The notes under the pieces are model-generated. The model made no database searches. It was given only the letters and a program-made list of their open reading frames with translations, and was not told the DNA's origin. DNA of 60,850 nt, counting the filler, from Dugesia japonica (lineage: Eukaryota): assembly GCA_001938525.1 (NCBI GenBank). It is 5 parts of 5 records of this genome, joined end to end, with 100 filler letters (N's around TTAATTAATTAA, not from the genome) between each part and the next. Parts side by side here need not be neighbours in the genome. Positions count along the whole stretch, not along the records: positions 31,845 to 41,960 come from MQRL01594222.1; positions 42,061 to 51,753 come from MQRL01641637.1; positions 51,854 to 60,850 come from MQRL01179267.1; 2 more parts are not named here. One strand, given 5' to 3'. A program made the position numbers and the translations under genes. Shown here one piece after another: positions 39,126-52,478 of the stretch. Each line of letters starts with the position of its first letter. Positions within the stretch are counted from its first letter, which is position 1.

Positions 39126-39924
39126 ATATTCTTTCATAATTCACGATAAAATAAATAATATAAATACATATTTCGAATTTATTTTAAGTTTCATAGATTA
39201 CAAATGAAATAAAATACAAAATCTTATTGGTGAGATAAGATAAATAAGATATGTGTTGTTACTATATAATTGGTTCGAAATCTCCTTAAAAAGTTTGAAA
39301 TTGTATAAATTATCATTTTACAAATATTCTTTAAATAATAAAAAAGTGAAAATGGTAAAACCTAGCGATCATCTAATCACTACTATTTAAATAATATATT
39401 TTCAACGATCGTTCGAAAAAATGCAAAATTAAATACTGAAAATAATTTTTCGATTGCATAATTGTTTTAAGTTTTATGATTCTGATGATCAATTGTTCAT
39501 ATTTTATTTAATTAAAAGCACTTATTAGTTAAATCACAGTAAAAATTTTTGAAATTATTGAGGTTCTCAAGAAACGAGATTTTTGATATTTTCATAATAT
39601 TATTGTTAGGTATATCTTCAATTGGTAATTCATTTTGCAAATCACAATTAATATTTTTAGACAATTTATTTCACTATTACAATACAAGATTAGTAAGATA
39701 ATTTTACTTGAAATAGAACTGATTACGTATTAAAATGGAATTTGATCACTTTATATTGACTAAAATTATTAAATAATCATAATTTCCTTATAATTATAAT
39801 CTCGAGAAATGAGAAAAATAATTTCTCTGGAATTCTCGAGATTTATCAATCACAACATCTTGTTACAACCTATTTAGAGTGAATGTAATATAGAGCTTTA
39901 AGTGAAAAACAGCTTAGATATGGG

Positions 39925-40175
39925 AGAAGATTCTATAGTGGCGCACTGGACCAGACCCCTTCGTCAAGGTCAATTTTTTTCAATGTCAAGTATCTAGTGA
40001 GATTAGTTGAAACATTTCAAGGTCAGATTTATTTAGTATAATCAGTTCTGATTGGGGAAATATTTGAAAGTGNAATCAATGTAGGTCAAGGTCATTTCCG
40101 TTACAACATTTTTAGGTCAATGTCAACTATAATCCCCTGGAAGACTTAATATTAAAATTCCGCGTACAGGTTTAA
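39925..40175 (+). mobile_element. AGTAG-family terminus with TCAAGGTCA/CCAAT array
   Basis: TATAGTGGCGCACTGG; three TCAAGGTCA; CTGATTGG; CCCC.TGGA.GACTTAATATT shared with ~15340. Confidence 0.6.
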
Positions 40176-40283
40176 TATTTTTTGTTTTAATGTTTTAATT
40201 TTTTTTGAATTTTTTTTATTTTATTTATTTATTTATTTTTTTAAAATTTTATTTATTTATTTATATATATATATGTGTGTGTT

Positions 40284-41450
40284 GGGATTCCACCTAAGAT
40301 GGGGTTAGAAAAATATGGCTGAGGGAAAAAGACAGCCCTCAGGGGTACCCCTCGAAGAATTTACCTAACGCTCCTAGTTAAGTTCTCGATGCGAAGTGGT
40401 TGACTCTCATCACGTATTTGCAGTTCGCGTTTTCACGCCTTAAGTTCGGGTTCATCATTCCCCTTAATATGTGAAGAAAACAAAGATAACAAAATAACCG
40501 AGAAAAATATTATTAGATCAATCAAAAGACCTCGGATCGAGACATTCATCGGGCTCGTCGCTCGTAAAGTCGAACGTAGCCACGTCGCCCTCACTATGTT
40601 ACGGTGACCAGTGCTCTATTTCTAGGCGGGTTGACAGATCCATAATGTAGTGCGTTAGTAAATTGTTTTTATTCACTAAGATTGAGTTTGTGCGATTTGC
40701 CAGCTCCATTTGTTTCTTATTAATGATTTTCAACTTTTTTATAATTTGATTACTCTGCGTTAAGTGGCCAAGNAGGGCACGCTTACACCGCTTGGAATTG
40801 TATTGGAAAATTGTATTGCCAGATTCTGACTTAGAACTTTCCAGTTGTAATAAGCCTGCCGTTTCCCGAAATTTCTAATTCTCTTAGCTTCAAAATTTTT
40901 GGTAGGCAAATTGGAACGGTCATTTTCAGGGGGTTTATATACTTCCTCGTTGACACTCCAACTTGGGCGGTTATTTTTGGTTTTCAGTTCTATCATTTCA
41001 TTGGTGTTAACTCTAAAACTCTTAGACTTTTTGAGATTTTCTCCGATTCCATTGGTACCTATTTTTGTAGAACCTGCTGATTTTTGGGGCTTTGCGTTTC
41101 GTTTATCTTTTGGCCTCTCATTGGGATAATTTTTAACTCCTTTTCCCAGATCTTTCTGATAGAGATAATATTTTCTCTGTGCAAAACTCAATTCTTCGGG
41201 TCATTCTTTTTCTGAATTTTCTTTCCGGGGCTTCCTCTGACTTTCTAGTTAAAAGATATCCCCCTTTAACTGATTTTGCACTTAATTAATTTTGTTTTTC
41301 TAAAATAATTAATTAATTTTCTTTTCTTGATTTCCGATTTTATTTTTCATGATAAATAATTAATTTTAATATTTAATAATTTTCTTGGTAATTATGAGTA
41401 ATTTACCATTGGCTTGACGATAATTTTCCATTATTTTCTTTATATTTTAC
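40284..41450 (-). mobile_element. Decayed repeat element with structured end next to a microsatellite; Lys/Arg-rich ORF remnant 40760-41191
   Basis: End segment 40284-40385 paralogous to 56434-56530; ORF has no recognised motif; orientation inferred. Confidence 0.35.
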
Positions 41451-42060
41451 CAATTTTCTCGCTCTTCTTTAATTGCTCATTTTAACCTATTAAAAAAACA
41501 TGCAATAATCAATAAATGTTCTTTCTTAATTTCATCTTTTCATTTTAGTTTTATATTTAATATTGTTTTTGGGTATTACAACTCAACAAAAGATTTTATG
41601 GTTCGTTATATCCAAATAGTTTATTAAACGTTGGGTGTGGATATTTTATTGTGTGTGTATTACGATAGTGTATAACTGCAATATATTAAGCAAAATATAA
41701 ATAATGTGATATATGTGTTTCCTTATATAAATAAAATAAAACACACCTTTTCAATAATAATATTTTGATATTTAACAAATACGTGTACACTATTTCTATC
41801 AGACTTATCGCACTAAATTTAATTAAATGAACGAGTGCCGCCCTTAGAGGTTGGAGTGTTCAATAATTGAATTCCGATTTACACTGAAAACTAATCATTA
41901 TTTATACTGAATCTATCAACTACATACACTTACATTACTTACATAAAAATCAATCTTTTTNNNNNNNNNNNNNNNNNNNNNNNNNNNNNNNNNNNNNNNN
42001 NNNNTTAATTAATTAANNNNNNNNNNNNNNNNNNNNNNNNNNNNNNNNNNNNNNNNNNNN

Positions 42061-42098
42061 TAAATGTTTCGATAGAATATCTGTTATCTTCGGATACA
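42061..42098 (-). ncRNA. Degenerate minimal hammerhead downstream of the second Penelope element
   Basis: CCGAAGA-T-AACAGA(TAT)TCTATC-GAAA-CA-TT; U4>C and two stem II mismatches; same strand as and 3' of the PLE. Confidence 0.45.
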
Positions 42099-42229
42099 AG
42101 TTTCATTCTTTTTGGAAAATTCTTTAAAAAATCAATATTTTTTCTTTTTTTCATTTTTTTAAAACATTCTTTTATATAAAAAAATTATGATTATGTAAAC
42201 CATTATGCAATCTCTCTAATAAATCAAAT

Positions 42230-43400
42230 TTATTAAAAACATTCAATAAAAATTTAGAAAGACCAGTTTGAACATTAATTTTTGGATCAATTGATCTAAT
42301 CATCAATGCTTCACATATGACTCTCTCCCAATAATCTTTAAAGTTTTTTGCACAAAATTTTAAAAGTATTTATACTGATAACTGATTATCAAAAAATATT
42401 ATTGCGAAACAATTTTAAAATTCAACGAGTCAATTCTGTATTTAAATAACCCATTTTTAAATTGTTTAAATCCTTCTGAATATGGAATAGTTAATACGTA
42501 ACTAAGCTTATCTACCTTTTTGGGTCTTTGATAATATTTTAACAATTTAAATTATTATTAACATTATTATTGACATCTTTAATTTCATTATTATTTTTAT
42601 AAACGATTTTATCAACTGTTTCACGATTTAATTTCTCCACAATTGATTTAGAATAACCATTTTTATTTAGTAAAGAATTAAAACTTTGAATATTAGCACA
42701 AGACTTCAAATATGAAGAGGCAAGAGTCCACGGTTTATACAACATTCTTTTAATCATATTNNNNNNNNNNNNNNNNNNNNNNNNNNNNNNNNNNNNNNNN
42801 NNNNNNNNNNNNNNNNNNNNNNNNNNNNNNNNNNNNNNNNNNNNNNNNNNNNNNNNNNNNNNNNNNNNNNNNNNNNNNNNNNNNNNNNNNNNNNNNNNNN
42901 NNNATTTCTGGATTGAATCTAATGTTTCTATGTAACGAATTCATATATTTTAGAAATGAGTCAATATCTACTTGGTTATTGGAAACCAGTAATATATCAT
43001 ACACATAACGTTTATAGACTAGTGGTTTATTTCCAATAAACAAATCGATCTTTACCTAAATATTTGACAAAAAACAAAGAAGCTAAAGTAGGTGCAAGAG
43101 GTAAACCTATACCAACTCAATGAACTTATTTGTACATCATTAAACAAAAAATATATATTATTTGAGTTCCTTACATGCAGTCACACTTAACAAATTATGC
43201 CCAGACAATGTTTTCTCCCAAAATTCACAACAAAGATTAATAGTTTCATCTAATGGATCAGTTGTAAATAAATTAAAAACATCAAAAAAACCATACATTC
43301 AGTACCACTAAAAATTTCAGAATTAGAAATAAAATTACAAAAATCAAAGCTATTCTTATTAATTTTAAAATTACAATTATTGTTGCTAAGGAAACAATAA
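42230..43400 (-). mobile_element. Second Penelope-like retroelement, decayed
   Basis: KPLVYKRYVYDILLV..MNSLHRNIRF, LNKNGYS, LTIPYSEG, WERVICEALMIRSIDPKINVQ; related to the element at 1990-3888. Confidence 0.85.
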
Positions 43401-43872
43401 CTACAAATTCTGAGAAATCCTTTCTTTAGAATAATTAAATGTATATCAAAAAAGAATTAAACTTAACTTAATAAAGCATCAATTTTTTCAAGATATAACA
43501 ATCGAAAAAATATTTTCATTTGTTATTTATTTACATTTAAAGTTTTATTTTACCCAGAAAAAGTATTAAAACAAAATTGAACATTTTCAGTATAGTTATC
43601 ATGGAACAGAAATTTTTGAAATATAAATTATTATCTTATTAAAATTATTAAAGTCATTAATTATTAATGTATTATTCCATTTAATTGTTTCACTCTCATT
43701 AATACTCATTGGTTCAATTATTTGACTTTTTATGGAATAAAATTAGATGTCGTTGTCAAATTTGTTTAACATAGTAGATGAATTTTACTCTACGACAAGA
43801 AATATTATTGGCCTAGAAAAATTGAATTTTTAATTATTCCACTTAACTAGTTTTTTGTATCAAATATTTATG

Positions 43873-43873
<1 letters not shown>

Positions 43874-43940
<67 letters not shown>

Positions 43941-43990
43941 NNNNNNNNNNNNNNNNNNNNNNNNNNNNNNNNNNNNNNNNNNNNNNNNNN

Positions 43991-44059
<69 letters not shown>
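43874..44059. repeat. (TAT)n microsatellite with gap
   Basis: Directly visible. Confidence 0.95.
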
Positions 44060-44060
<1 letters not shown>

Positions 44061-44099
44061 ACTGCCATCGAGAATCCGTTTTTGGTCATTAAATTTACA

Positions 44100-45300
44100 A
44101 TACTCTCACAGCAATAAATTCATTGCATATTTTTATGTATTTCGATAATCAGTCACAATATATTAATTTGAAATAATTTTAAAATTTCTTCAGATCAGAA
44201 TTATATAGATTTGCCTAAAATGAAAAGATTTTCATCAGCGTTAGATTCTTTAATACAATCCATATAAATAAATGAAAGAATTTAGCTAGAAATATGTGCG
44301 AATCTATATAAAAGTGAATTATAAAATATTCTTCTGGTAAAGAGACATAAATTTAATGACATATTTTTCAAATAATAGTTAATATAATAATGTGTAGAAA
44401 TATCAGCTCGTAGTTTTGATTATATAAAATTTATATTAGCAAATAATTTATTCATTAAGTAATTCACACAATGCCTTTTTAGAATAATTACTTAGTGATT
44501 AAATTATTTGGTAATTCTATGAATTCCCGTGTACAGTTCTATATCAATTCCTAGAAATATTGACAACAGCGTAGGTAATTTTTGCCTGAAATTAAGGAAG
44601 TCATGTAATTTATCGTCGTCTTATTTGGGTTTGTTAGAATTATTTGAGAAATACTAATGCAACAGTTACCTGGCAGAAATAAATCTAATTGAAATCAATT
44701 GAAATCTATTTTCCAGTTTACAACAAATACTTGAAGAAAATGGACTCATAATATTTGCATATGAGAACAATTGTAAAATTGATTTAAAAAACAACAGCAA
44801 TTGTAACAACAATAACAAAAATACTTGTATCCCTTATTAATTCTTGAATATGGAATCATTTTTATTAAATTCACATACTATAAATTATCAATACCAAGGG
44901 TTATAAAAGGTCTTGTTGGAAATCTTTTCAAAATTGGTTTGTTCAGTGATTTCTCAACTATTCTGTAACTGTGACACAATTATAATATATATATGGCATA
45001 ATTTGCTCCTGTATAAATTTAAGAAACACACTATGTTTATCGCGTCATTAGAGTATGGCTCATTTGCCAGTATCCATTTACTCACCTGAAAATGAGCAAT
45101 GATAAATTACGGTATGCAAAGGAATACACACTTGCAATTGTCTGCTTTGCAAAGAGTTTATTTACTTATTGACATTGTTAAGTAGAACTTGTCGAGGCAT
45201 TCCAAGAAAAGATCGCATTTTCAGCAAAGCATAGAAAAGTTTGGTTTATTGTAATGCCACTCAATATTGTGGTGTCACTGAGTGCATTTCAACAATAATA
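44100..45300 (+). pseudogene. Possible heavily decayed non-LTR (LINE) reverse transcriptase
   Basis: Faint RSFDYI, LRKSCNLSS (RQGC.LSP-like), EENGLII and IYMA*FAPV remnants in LINE order. Confidence 0.25.
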
Positions 45301-45306
45301 AATTTC

Positions 45307-46650
45307 TTAGGTGGAAAAATATGACTTCGGCCTTTTTTAGTAAAAAAAGACTCTTTTAAAAGTTATATTTTAAAAACATTTACTCAAAATAAGTTCTATT
45401 TGAAGCTATGACTTCGTTCATTGTTCAAGCAACGAACAAGATAGGCAAAAGAAGAATTCTGACTCTAGTTATTTTCCCAATTTCTATGTCTTCCTTGGAA
45501 TTGAACGTGCTGATTGCATTGAGTGAAACAAATGATAATCTGAAGGAGCAATATCTGGTGAATATGNNNNNNNNNNNNAGATTTCTCGAATTACTCATCT
45601 TAAGTAATTCTTAACAACCGAATGAACATTTGCCTAGCGTTATTATATTGCCAAATTATCTTGTCTTTTGAATTATTGTCTATTCTTCTTTTCTGGTATT
45701 TTTTGGTTCCTCATTTGAAAATAATTAATTGCAATTGATAAGCTTCACCAGTGTCCGATAGTTTTAGCAGTTTATAATAATTGGCACCGTTTTGTACTCA
45801 CCAGATGTACAATGTTACACTTATTAATTTGTTTCATTTAATTCAATTAAAATAAGAATTTCATTTCATAACTTTATTAAAACACAAATAATTCTTCTGT
45901 AAAATTCTACTTGCTTTCTGAACGTTTCTTCCCAAAATTATTTTATGTAATTTATGTTTTATATAATTTATTAAAACAAATAGTTAAAAAAATATATTTT
46001 ATTAAATTATATAATATATTAACATTTAAAATTTTATATAATAAATTCCCAAAATTTCAATTAAATTTTACATTTACATTGCAAAAATTTAAAACATTAA
46101 AACATTATTTTAAAACATAAAAAAANTTACGCTTTTAAAAATACCTAATACTATCAAACCATAGATATTTGGTTTCGGAGTTAATATACCGAGTTCACTT
46201 AACTTTACCAAAGTTGCTTTGCCTTTTGAATTTTCAAAATGAATCCATTTTTTGCCTCCGTAACAATTTCAAGCAAAAATATTTTCTTTTCTGTCACAAA
46301 TTGTTTTTCACCATTAAATGTCTCTTTTCGTCACGTGGGACCCAATTGCTAATTTCCGAATGAATCCAATACTTTTTTGACTTTGCAAATTACATTGTTG
46401 GGTCACATTTCATGGAATAGCCAGTTAAGATTATGTTTCGTATGGGTATTTCAGTAACATCACTATGCTCTTTGCCCTTGATATTGTAATCAACATTTCT
46501 TAATCNGTAAAACCAATCATTGCATGTAGTATCTGAATAATCATACTCACCACAAATTTCTAAATGCAAGCTGTACATTTTTGCTGCCATTTTCCTGGCA
46601 ACATAATAATAAAGCAAGTCCTTACGCAAATGGTGCCTTTTTTGAATATT
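45307..46650 (-). mobile_element. Mariner (Mos1-like) element split by an AT-rich insert (~45840-46140)
   Basis: N-terminus LRKDLLYYY..AAKMYSL..GEYDYSDTTCNDWF; YSPDIAPSDYHLF at 45566-45525; TIR-like TTAGGTGGAAAAATATGA at 45307. Confidence 0.85.
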
Positions 46651-46879
46651 TGCAGGAATTTTGAATTGAAATATTTTTTAATCAATAAAGATTTAAACAG
46701 CAGACATACAAATATTTGTCACGTGTTAATATTTATTAAATGATGTTTGATTTTACAAATAATTATAACGTGTAAGCCCAATTTTTAACGGTGTCTTGAA
46801 AAAATAGCAGAGTGATAATTTTACAATTAACATAATTTAGTCGATATCCTGATATTTATAAATAATAAATATAAATAAT

Positions 46880-47090
46880 ATGAAGTATTCGACAACGTAT
46901 TGAGGAAATTAATCAAGGCGAATTTTTTAATAAACCTGAAAATATGTCAGTTTTTTCACGATGAAATCAAACCTTTGGGACATATAATTACCAAAGTTTC
47001 AAATATATTCGTCTAAATTAGCAGCTATAAGAACATATGATAAGCCTAACGGCGTCAAAAATAACGAAACGTTCTAGAACATTTACCAAG
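46880..47090 (+). mobile_element. Gypsy reverse transcriptase C-terminal fragment
   Basis: VLRKLIKANFLINLKICQFFHDEIKPLGHII..LAAIRTYDKP. Confidence 0.65.
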
Positions 47091-47093
47091 AAT

Positions 47094-47302
47094 AGCAACA
47101 TAAACACCAGTTTTAATACGATTGTCACAAAAAAGAAAAGAAGATAGAAAAAAAAGAAAAATAAGAATCTTTCCGTCTTTATCAACAGACACTAAAGAAT
47201 TAGCTGACAGGATATCTAAATTTGCTAGTTTATTTTAGCAACATAATAAGAAAAGCAACATAAACACCAGTTTTAATACGATTGTCACATAAAAGAAAAG
47301 AA
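47094..47302. repeat. ~48-bp direct duplication (47094-47141 / 47254-47302)
   Basis: AGCAACATAAACACCAGTTTTAATACGATTGTCACA.AAAAGAAAAGAA twice. Confidence 0.85.
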
Positions 47303-47454
47303 AATAGAAAAGTAATTGTTACGTATGGATCACATTCAATTGCGTATCATAAAAAACAATATGACATTATAATGAAGATGTTGTTAACTATGTACTATTT
47401 TTGTGAACATTGCAAAGATTATGTGTACAGTAGAAGATTCACTGATAGGAAACC

Positions 47455-47560
47455 AATTGACAGTAGTGGCGCATCGCTACAACCCTCATTCCCGAGGGAT
47501 TAGAAATCTTTGTTATGACAGAAATTTGATTGGTCGCACACATGCTTTCAACAATTTTAT
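47455..47560 (+). mobile_element. AGTAG-family terminus fragment
   Basis: CAGTAGTGGCGCATCG..CCC..TTTGATTGGTCG. Confidence 0.45.
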
Positions 47561-48312
47561 TGATCGAAATGGATCATAAAATGACGTGTAAAATTATTTG
47601 GATTTAATTGATAGATTTTTATGATTTTTTTAAAATTAAGAAGAATTAATAATTTGCTTTCTTTAAATTCATAACTGAACTTTTCGATCAGTTTGTGTAG
47701 TTTTAACTAGACTAATCTCGATTAAAGTATGTGCATCTCTGGCAGCAATGCCTCCAACCATTCAAATCCGGTCTCAAATATATATTGCTACAACGGTATA
47801 ACTTTTATAAGATAAAAACAGTTAGTCATCAACGCCACAGATTTGGCTAGACACAGATCCGCAAAATGGTAAAGAATTTATAGTCAACTGTTATCAATTT
47901 ATTGCATGATATTAAATAAATCTTTAAATTAAATCATTACTGAAAATTATTACATATTACGATTAAAGAAAAGCATTACTAAAAATCCATTAAGTTAAAT
48001 CATTAAAGAAAAACACAATCGTTTAAATAAAAATTATTACCATTTAATTTAAATAAAAATAAATCCTTACTTATTGTCAAAGTTCATAATAATGATCATA
48101 ATTCGCAATAAGTTACCATATAATAAGTTACCAAGAATTCATAACGTATACAATTATTAATATCATATGAAAATAAATTTAATGACTGAAAAGAAATTAT
48201 TAATTTTAAAAATTATTAAATTCAAATAAAATATTTACGAAAATCATTACCGTTTAATTTAAATAAGAATAAATCCTTACTTATTTTCATAATTTATTAT
48301 TATCCAGCATTT

Positions 48313-48592
48313 GGTACCCAGACATTTCACATAAAACTTTTTCACATAAAAACTTTTCACATAAAACTTTTTCACATAAAACTTTTTCACATAAAAACTT
48401 TTCACATAAAACTTTTTCACANNAAAACTTTTCACATAAAACTTTTTCACATAAAACTTTTTCACATAAAAACTTTTCACATAAAACTTTTTCACATAAA
48501 AATTTTTCACATAAAAACTTTTCACATAAAAAGTTTTCACATAAAAACTTTTCACATAAAAACTTTTCACATAAAAAGTTTTCATATAAAAA
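48313..48592. repeat. Terminal array of about 18 x 15-bp TTTTCACATAAAA(A)CT units starting GGTACCC; probable foldback-type TIR of the adjacent MULE
   Basis: Directly visible; produces the spurious KKFYV-repeat ORF. Confidence 0.85.
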
Positions 48593-48979
48593 CGTATAAT
48601 AATATTAAAAAAATTAAAACAGTAAATCTTTTTTATTTAGTTTTGTTACGAATAAAGTCGTTTTAAAATTATAATTAATTATTTTTTAATTACTATTTCT
48701 TTTGTCTTAATTAGTGCATCGAAAATAAATTAATTATAAAGCATACATCTCGGTTGTTCCAACATTGATACAGGAGACTCTGTCAGGCTCAACAGATTTC
48801 TCCACAAACAAAATAATAAAAGTTAACCGAAATAGTAAAAGTTTAAAATTCCTATATTAACATAATAAATATATTGGATCAAATAAATAAAAGATCAGAA
48901 GAACAACAAATAAGAATTAACTTTTNNTCATCAATAAATACAAAGTTATTTTTGAGTAATTTCCCTATGCTTAAAAGAT

Positions 48980-49720
48980 AGTCACCTATATCTCCATTTT
49001 TTTACATTCTGTATAGGATTGAACAATAATTTCGATCTTACTATTATTGACAATATATTTTTTAATTGGATGCCTGATTTTAGTATGACCGCCAGCAGTT
49101 GCGAAATCAAAATTTTATTATCTCTATCATCNNNNNNNNNNNNNNNNNNNNNNNNNNNNNNNNNNNNNNNNNNNNNNNNNNTCATTTTTCAAATAATCTA
49201 TGAATTTCCATATTGTTGCATGCTTTGCAACAACTACTTTTTGGAATCGAGAATGGCATCCTTTGACAACATTATTTGTCCTCCTATATCCAGAAATTAC
49301 AGAATTATAACAATTNCAAGTATTGACAGCAAATTAAGNAGTAATTAAATTCCAATTTTCACCATTAGGTTCNGCTCCAATATAAACACGGCCAATATCT
49401 TTCACAAAATCTTTTAATACTGGAGATGAGCTGCTAAAAAGGTCTTTGAATACATCAATTATATCTTCTTCAGGTATAAATGGAAGTGCCATATATTTTA
49501 ACAAGGAATCTTTTATATCTCTACTTTCTTTACTCAAATATAGCCGAGAAAGACCTTTTTCTTGGACTTTTCTNNNNNNNNNNNNNNNAAAATGAAACAA
49601 ACATCCTTTAACTCGACTATTTGGAAGGACTTCTGATATTGCGCTTATAGCTCCAATTTCAAAGTCCATTATAATAGTTTCTAGATTAAAAATTAATTCA
49701 TTGCTAAGTGCAGCACTGAT
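48980..49720 (-). mobile_element. Mutator-like (MULE/Phantom-type) transposase remnant
   Basis: IMDFEIGAISAISEVLPNSRVKGCLFHF..RKVQEKGL..Y..MALPFIP. Confidence 0.85.
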
Positions 49721-49759
49721 GATATGCTGATATTATTTTTATTTATTATTTTTAAAAAC

Positions 49760-50245
49760 AATTCTATCTTGATATTTAAATTTTACTGTGTCTTTACTAT
49801 CAATCTTATTTATTTTTTCATTGATTTCTTTATTATTTCTCTACATTTCATATTTAATTAAATTTTCATTTACAACTAATAAACGAGTTTTGGCTTTTCT
49901 AGTTTCAGCATCAGTGCATTCCATATTACATTGCTTACACAACTGGTTATTCAATCTTGATAAAGCATCTGCGTTTGAATGTTTCTCTCCTTTTCTGTAC
50001 TCCAACTTGATATTTAAACTACTCAGAAAATTTATCCAATTTTGAAGTTGAGCTATTATTGATTTTCTTCTTGTTAACATAAAAGTTATAGGTTCATAGC
50101 CTGTTCGCAATACCAATTTTTCCGTATAAATAATGCTTAAAGTGTTGAGTAAAGTGAAATACTGAAATTAATTCTTTTTTCGTAATGCAGTATTGAACTT
50201 CATGTTTTGACATACTTTTTGAACCGTAAGCAATGATTCTTTTGT
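49760..50245 (-). mobile_element. Gypsy RNase H fragment
   Basis: RIIAYGSK..YCITKKEL..HFKHYLYG..LEYRKGEKHSNADALSR. Confidence 0.9.
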
Positions 50246-50362
50246 TAATGATAGATTATTAAAAAAATATTTATTCAAAATAAAACAGTTTCAAATTATC
50301 CTCTTTTAAAATCTGAATATTTAAACACTTCATTTTTATATTATATCACATTCCTATTTTTA

Positions 50363-51750
50363 TCATTCGAATTCCCGGAATCTTGTTGGTTTACGTCTTT
50401 CTCTTGTAGAATTTCTTCTTCCTTGTCTCTCGCTTATTAATTGTTCCGGTTTGATTATTGAACTTCTTTTTGATTGGCTTATTATTGTTGTGTCCATTAG
50501 ACGCTTTTCTCCTTTCTCCTCTAGCTTTTCTATTGTAAATCTTTTCATTTGATTAACATTACGAATTAGCGATTTCCCTTTGTAACTCATTCTTATATTA
50601 TCGTATGGTAATATTTCCGTTACTTCATATGGGCCTATATATCGCTTCTTTAACATTCTTTTCTTTTCTGATTTGAAACTTACCATATCGCTAATTTTTA
50701 TTTGATGGTTATTATTAATAATTACATTCTCTTTTGCTTTTAAAATTTGATTTATTCTTACTAAATTTACTCTAATAGTCTCTAAATATTGATCCAGACT
50801 TTTTGAGTTGGCTTGTTCTTTATTTAACTAAGCTTGAAATGGTTTGCTAAAAGTTATTTCGAAAGAAGAATAATTAGTTGTTTCATTTTTTGTTATTCTC
50901 ATACCCATTTCGACAAATGGAATGGCATCTATCCAATTTGTGAGAAATTTCAAGCTGGTTGCATAAATTCTTTCTTTTGCAGTTCTAAAGATTTTTTCTA
51001 CCAAGCCGTTCTCTTGATGATAGTATTGGCTTTCAAAGGTTTGATTTATTTTAAGAACTTTAAAAACTTCTTCCATAAAATTGTTTTTGAACTAACTTCC
51101 ATTATCAGAGTGAATAATTTTTGGCATTTCAAAGACAGTGATCCATATTTTAAATTATTTATTTATTACTTGTCTTGAGGGATTAACAATTATTTTATTT
51201 TAAGAGGGATTAACATAGTATATCTTGAGAAGACATCTATCACACCTAAAATATATCTATATCCTTTACATTCTGGTAATGGTCCAGTGATATCTATGCA
51301 TATTTTTTCAAATGCCTCTTTAGCTACAAAATGTTTCTCAGGAATGTAGTTTGAAATTATTCNNNNNNNNNNNNNNNNNNNNNNNNNNNNNNNNNNNNNN
51401 NNNNNNNNNNNNTAAAGGATTTTATCTCTTTAATCATATTCTTCCAGTCATAATAATTCTGAATTAATTCTTTTGTCTTTATAAATCCTGGATGGCCCAT
51501 GTTGTTATGATAATATTCCATTATTTCCTTGTTTCTTTGAGACGTGAAATCATTTTTTAGAATAATAGGCTTCTCATCATTTTCTTTCTGGATCAGTTTT
51601 ACATTTCTTCGTTTATTTTTTCATTAAGTCTGAGTTCACATTGTTCACATTATGGTCGGCTCATATAGTCTGCGTTTATGTGTAATCTGCTAAGTCGGTG
51701 TTCAATATTAAAATCATATTCATCTAATTCTATGATCCAAGTAAAATACT
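50363..51750 (-). mobile_element. Gypsy RNase H end + integrase (separate copy from 49760-50245)
   Basis: EYDFNIEHR..NADYMSR, HNNMGHPG, ICIDITGPLP..GVIDVFSR, YHQENGLVEK, RYIGPYEV (GPY/F module). Confidence 0.9.
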
Positions 51751-51854
51751 ATGNNNNNNNNNNNNNNNNNNNNNNNNNNNNNNNNNNNNNNNNNNNNTTA
51801 ATTAATTAANNNNNNNNNNNNNNNNNNNNNNNNNNNNNNNNNNNNNNNNNNNNG

Positions 51855-52478
51855 TATTCACATAGCAAAGCATACATGAAAAATGTTCATTTTTTGATTC
51901 TCAGTTCAACAATATCAAATTTGTTATTTTATCATAAGTATTTCTTGAAATAATAAATTTTCGTTCTCNGTGAGACATGGAACCTGGTGATTTTCTATCT
52001 TTTGAACTAAAAATATTTTTACAACAAACCCTATACAAAATATGTTTGGAATTTTATTCTAAGTCGAATAGTACCATTTACAAAACGATTCGATAAAAAT
52101 TCGTTGGGAAATTCTTGGATCAAGGTCAAAAGTGCCAGTGCGCTCATAACTTTTCTCGGAGAACCAAGCATATTCGCATAGCAAACCCTATATAGAAAAT
52201 GTTCACCTTTCAATTCTATGAAGATGCATATCAAATTTATTTGATCATCATTATTATTTTAAAAGTTCGATTTTCCATGCTCGGCGGGTCATGGTAATCG
52301 GGAATTTTCTATCTTTTGAACTAAAAATATTTTTACAACAAACCCTATACAAAACTTGTTTGGAATTTTATTCTGAATTGAATGCTATCATTTCTAGATC
52401 TATAGGATAAGTATTGATCAATAAATTCATGGATCAAGGTCTACAATGCTAGTGCGCTCATATCTATCTACTCCCTAC
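51855..52478 (-). mobile_element. AGTAG-family terminus with a ~315-bp internal tandem duplication, abutting the capsid-like ORF
   Basis: Reverse complement AGTAGGGAGTAGATAGATATGAGCGCACT; 51975-52148 repeats at 52288-52461; contains TCAAGGTC. Confidence 0.6.

Noticed and set aside
43855-44061. Poly-Ile/Leu ORF and other ORFs that span N gaps
   Set aside because: Microsatellite translation or artefacts of N runs
48277-48585. ORF of KKFYV repeats / CRISPR-like array
   Set aside because: Translation of a 15-bp tandem repeat with no unique spacers; eukaryotic context
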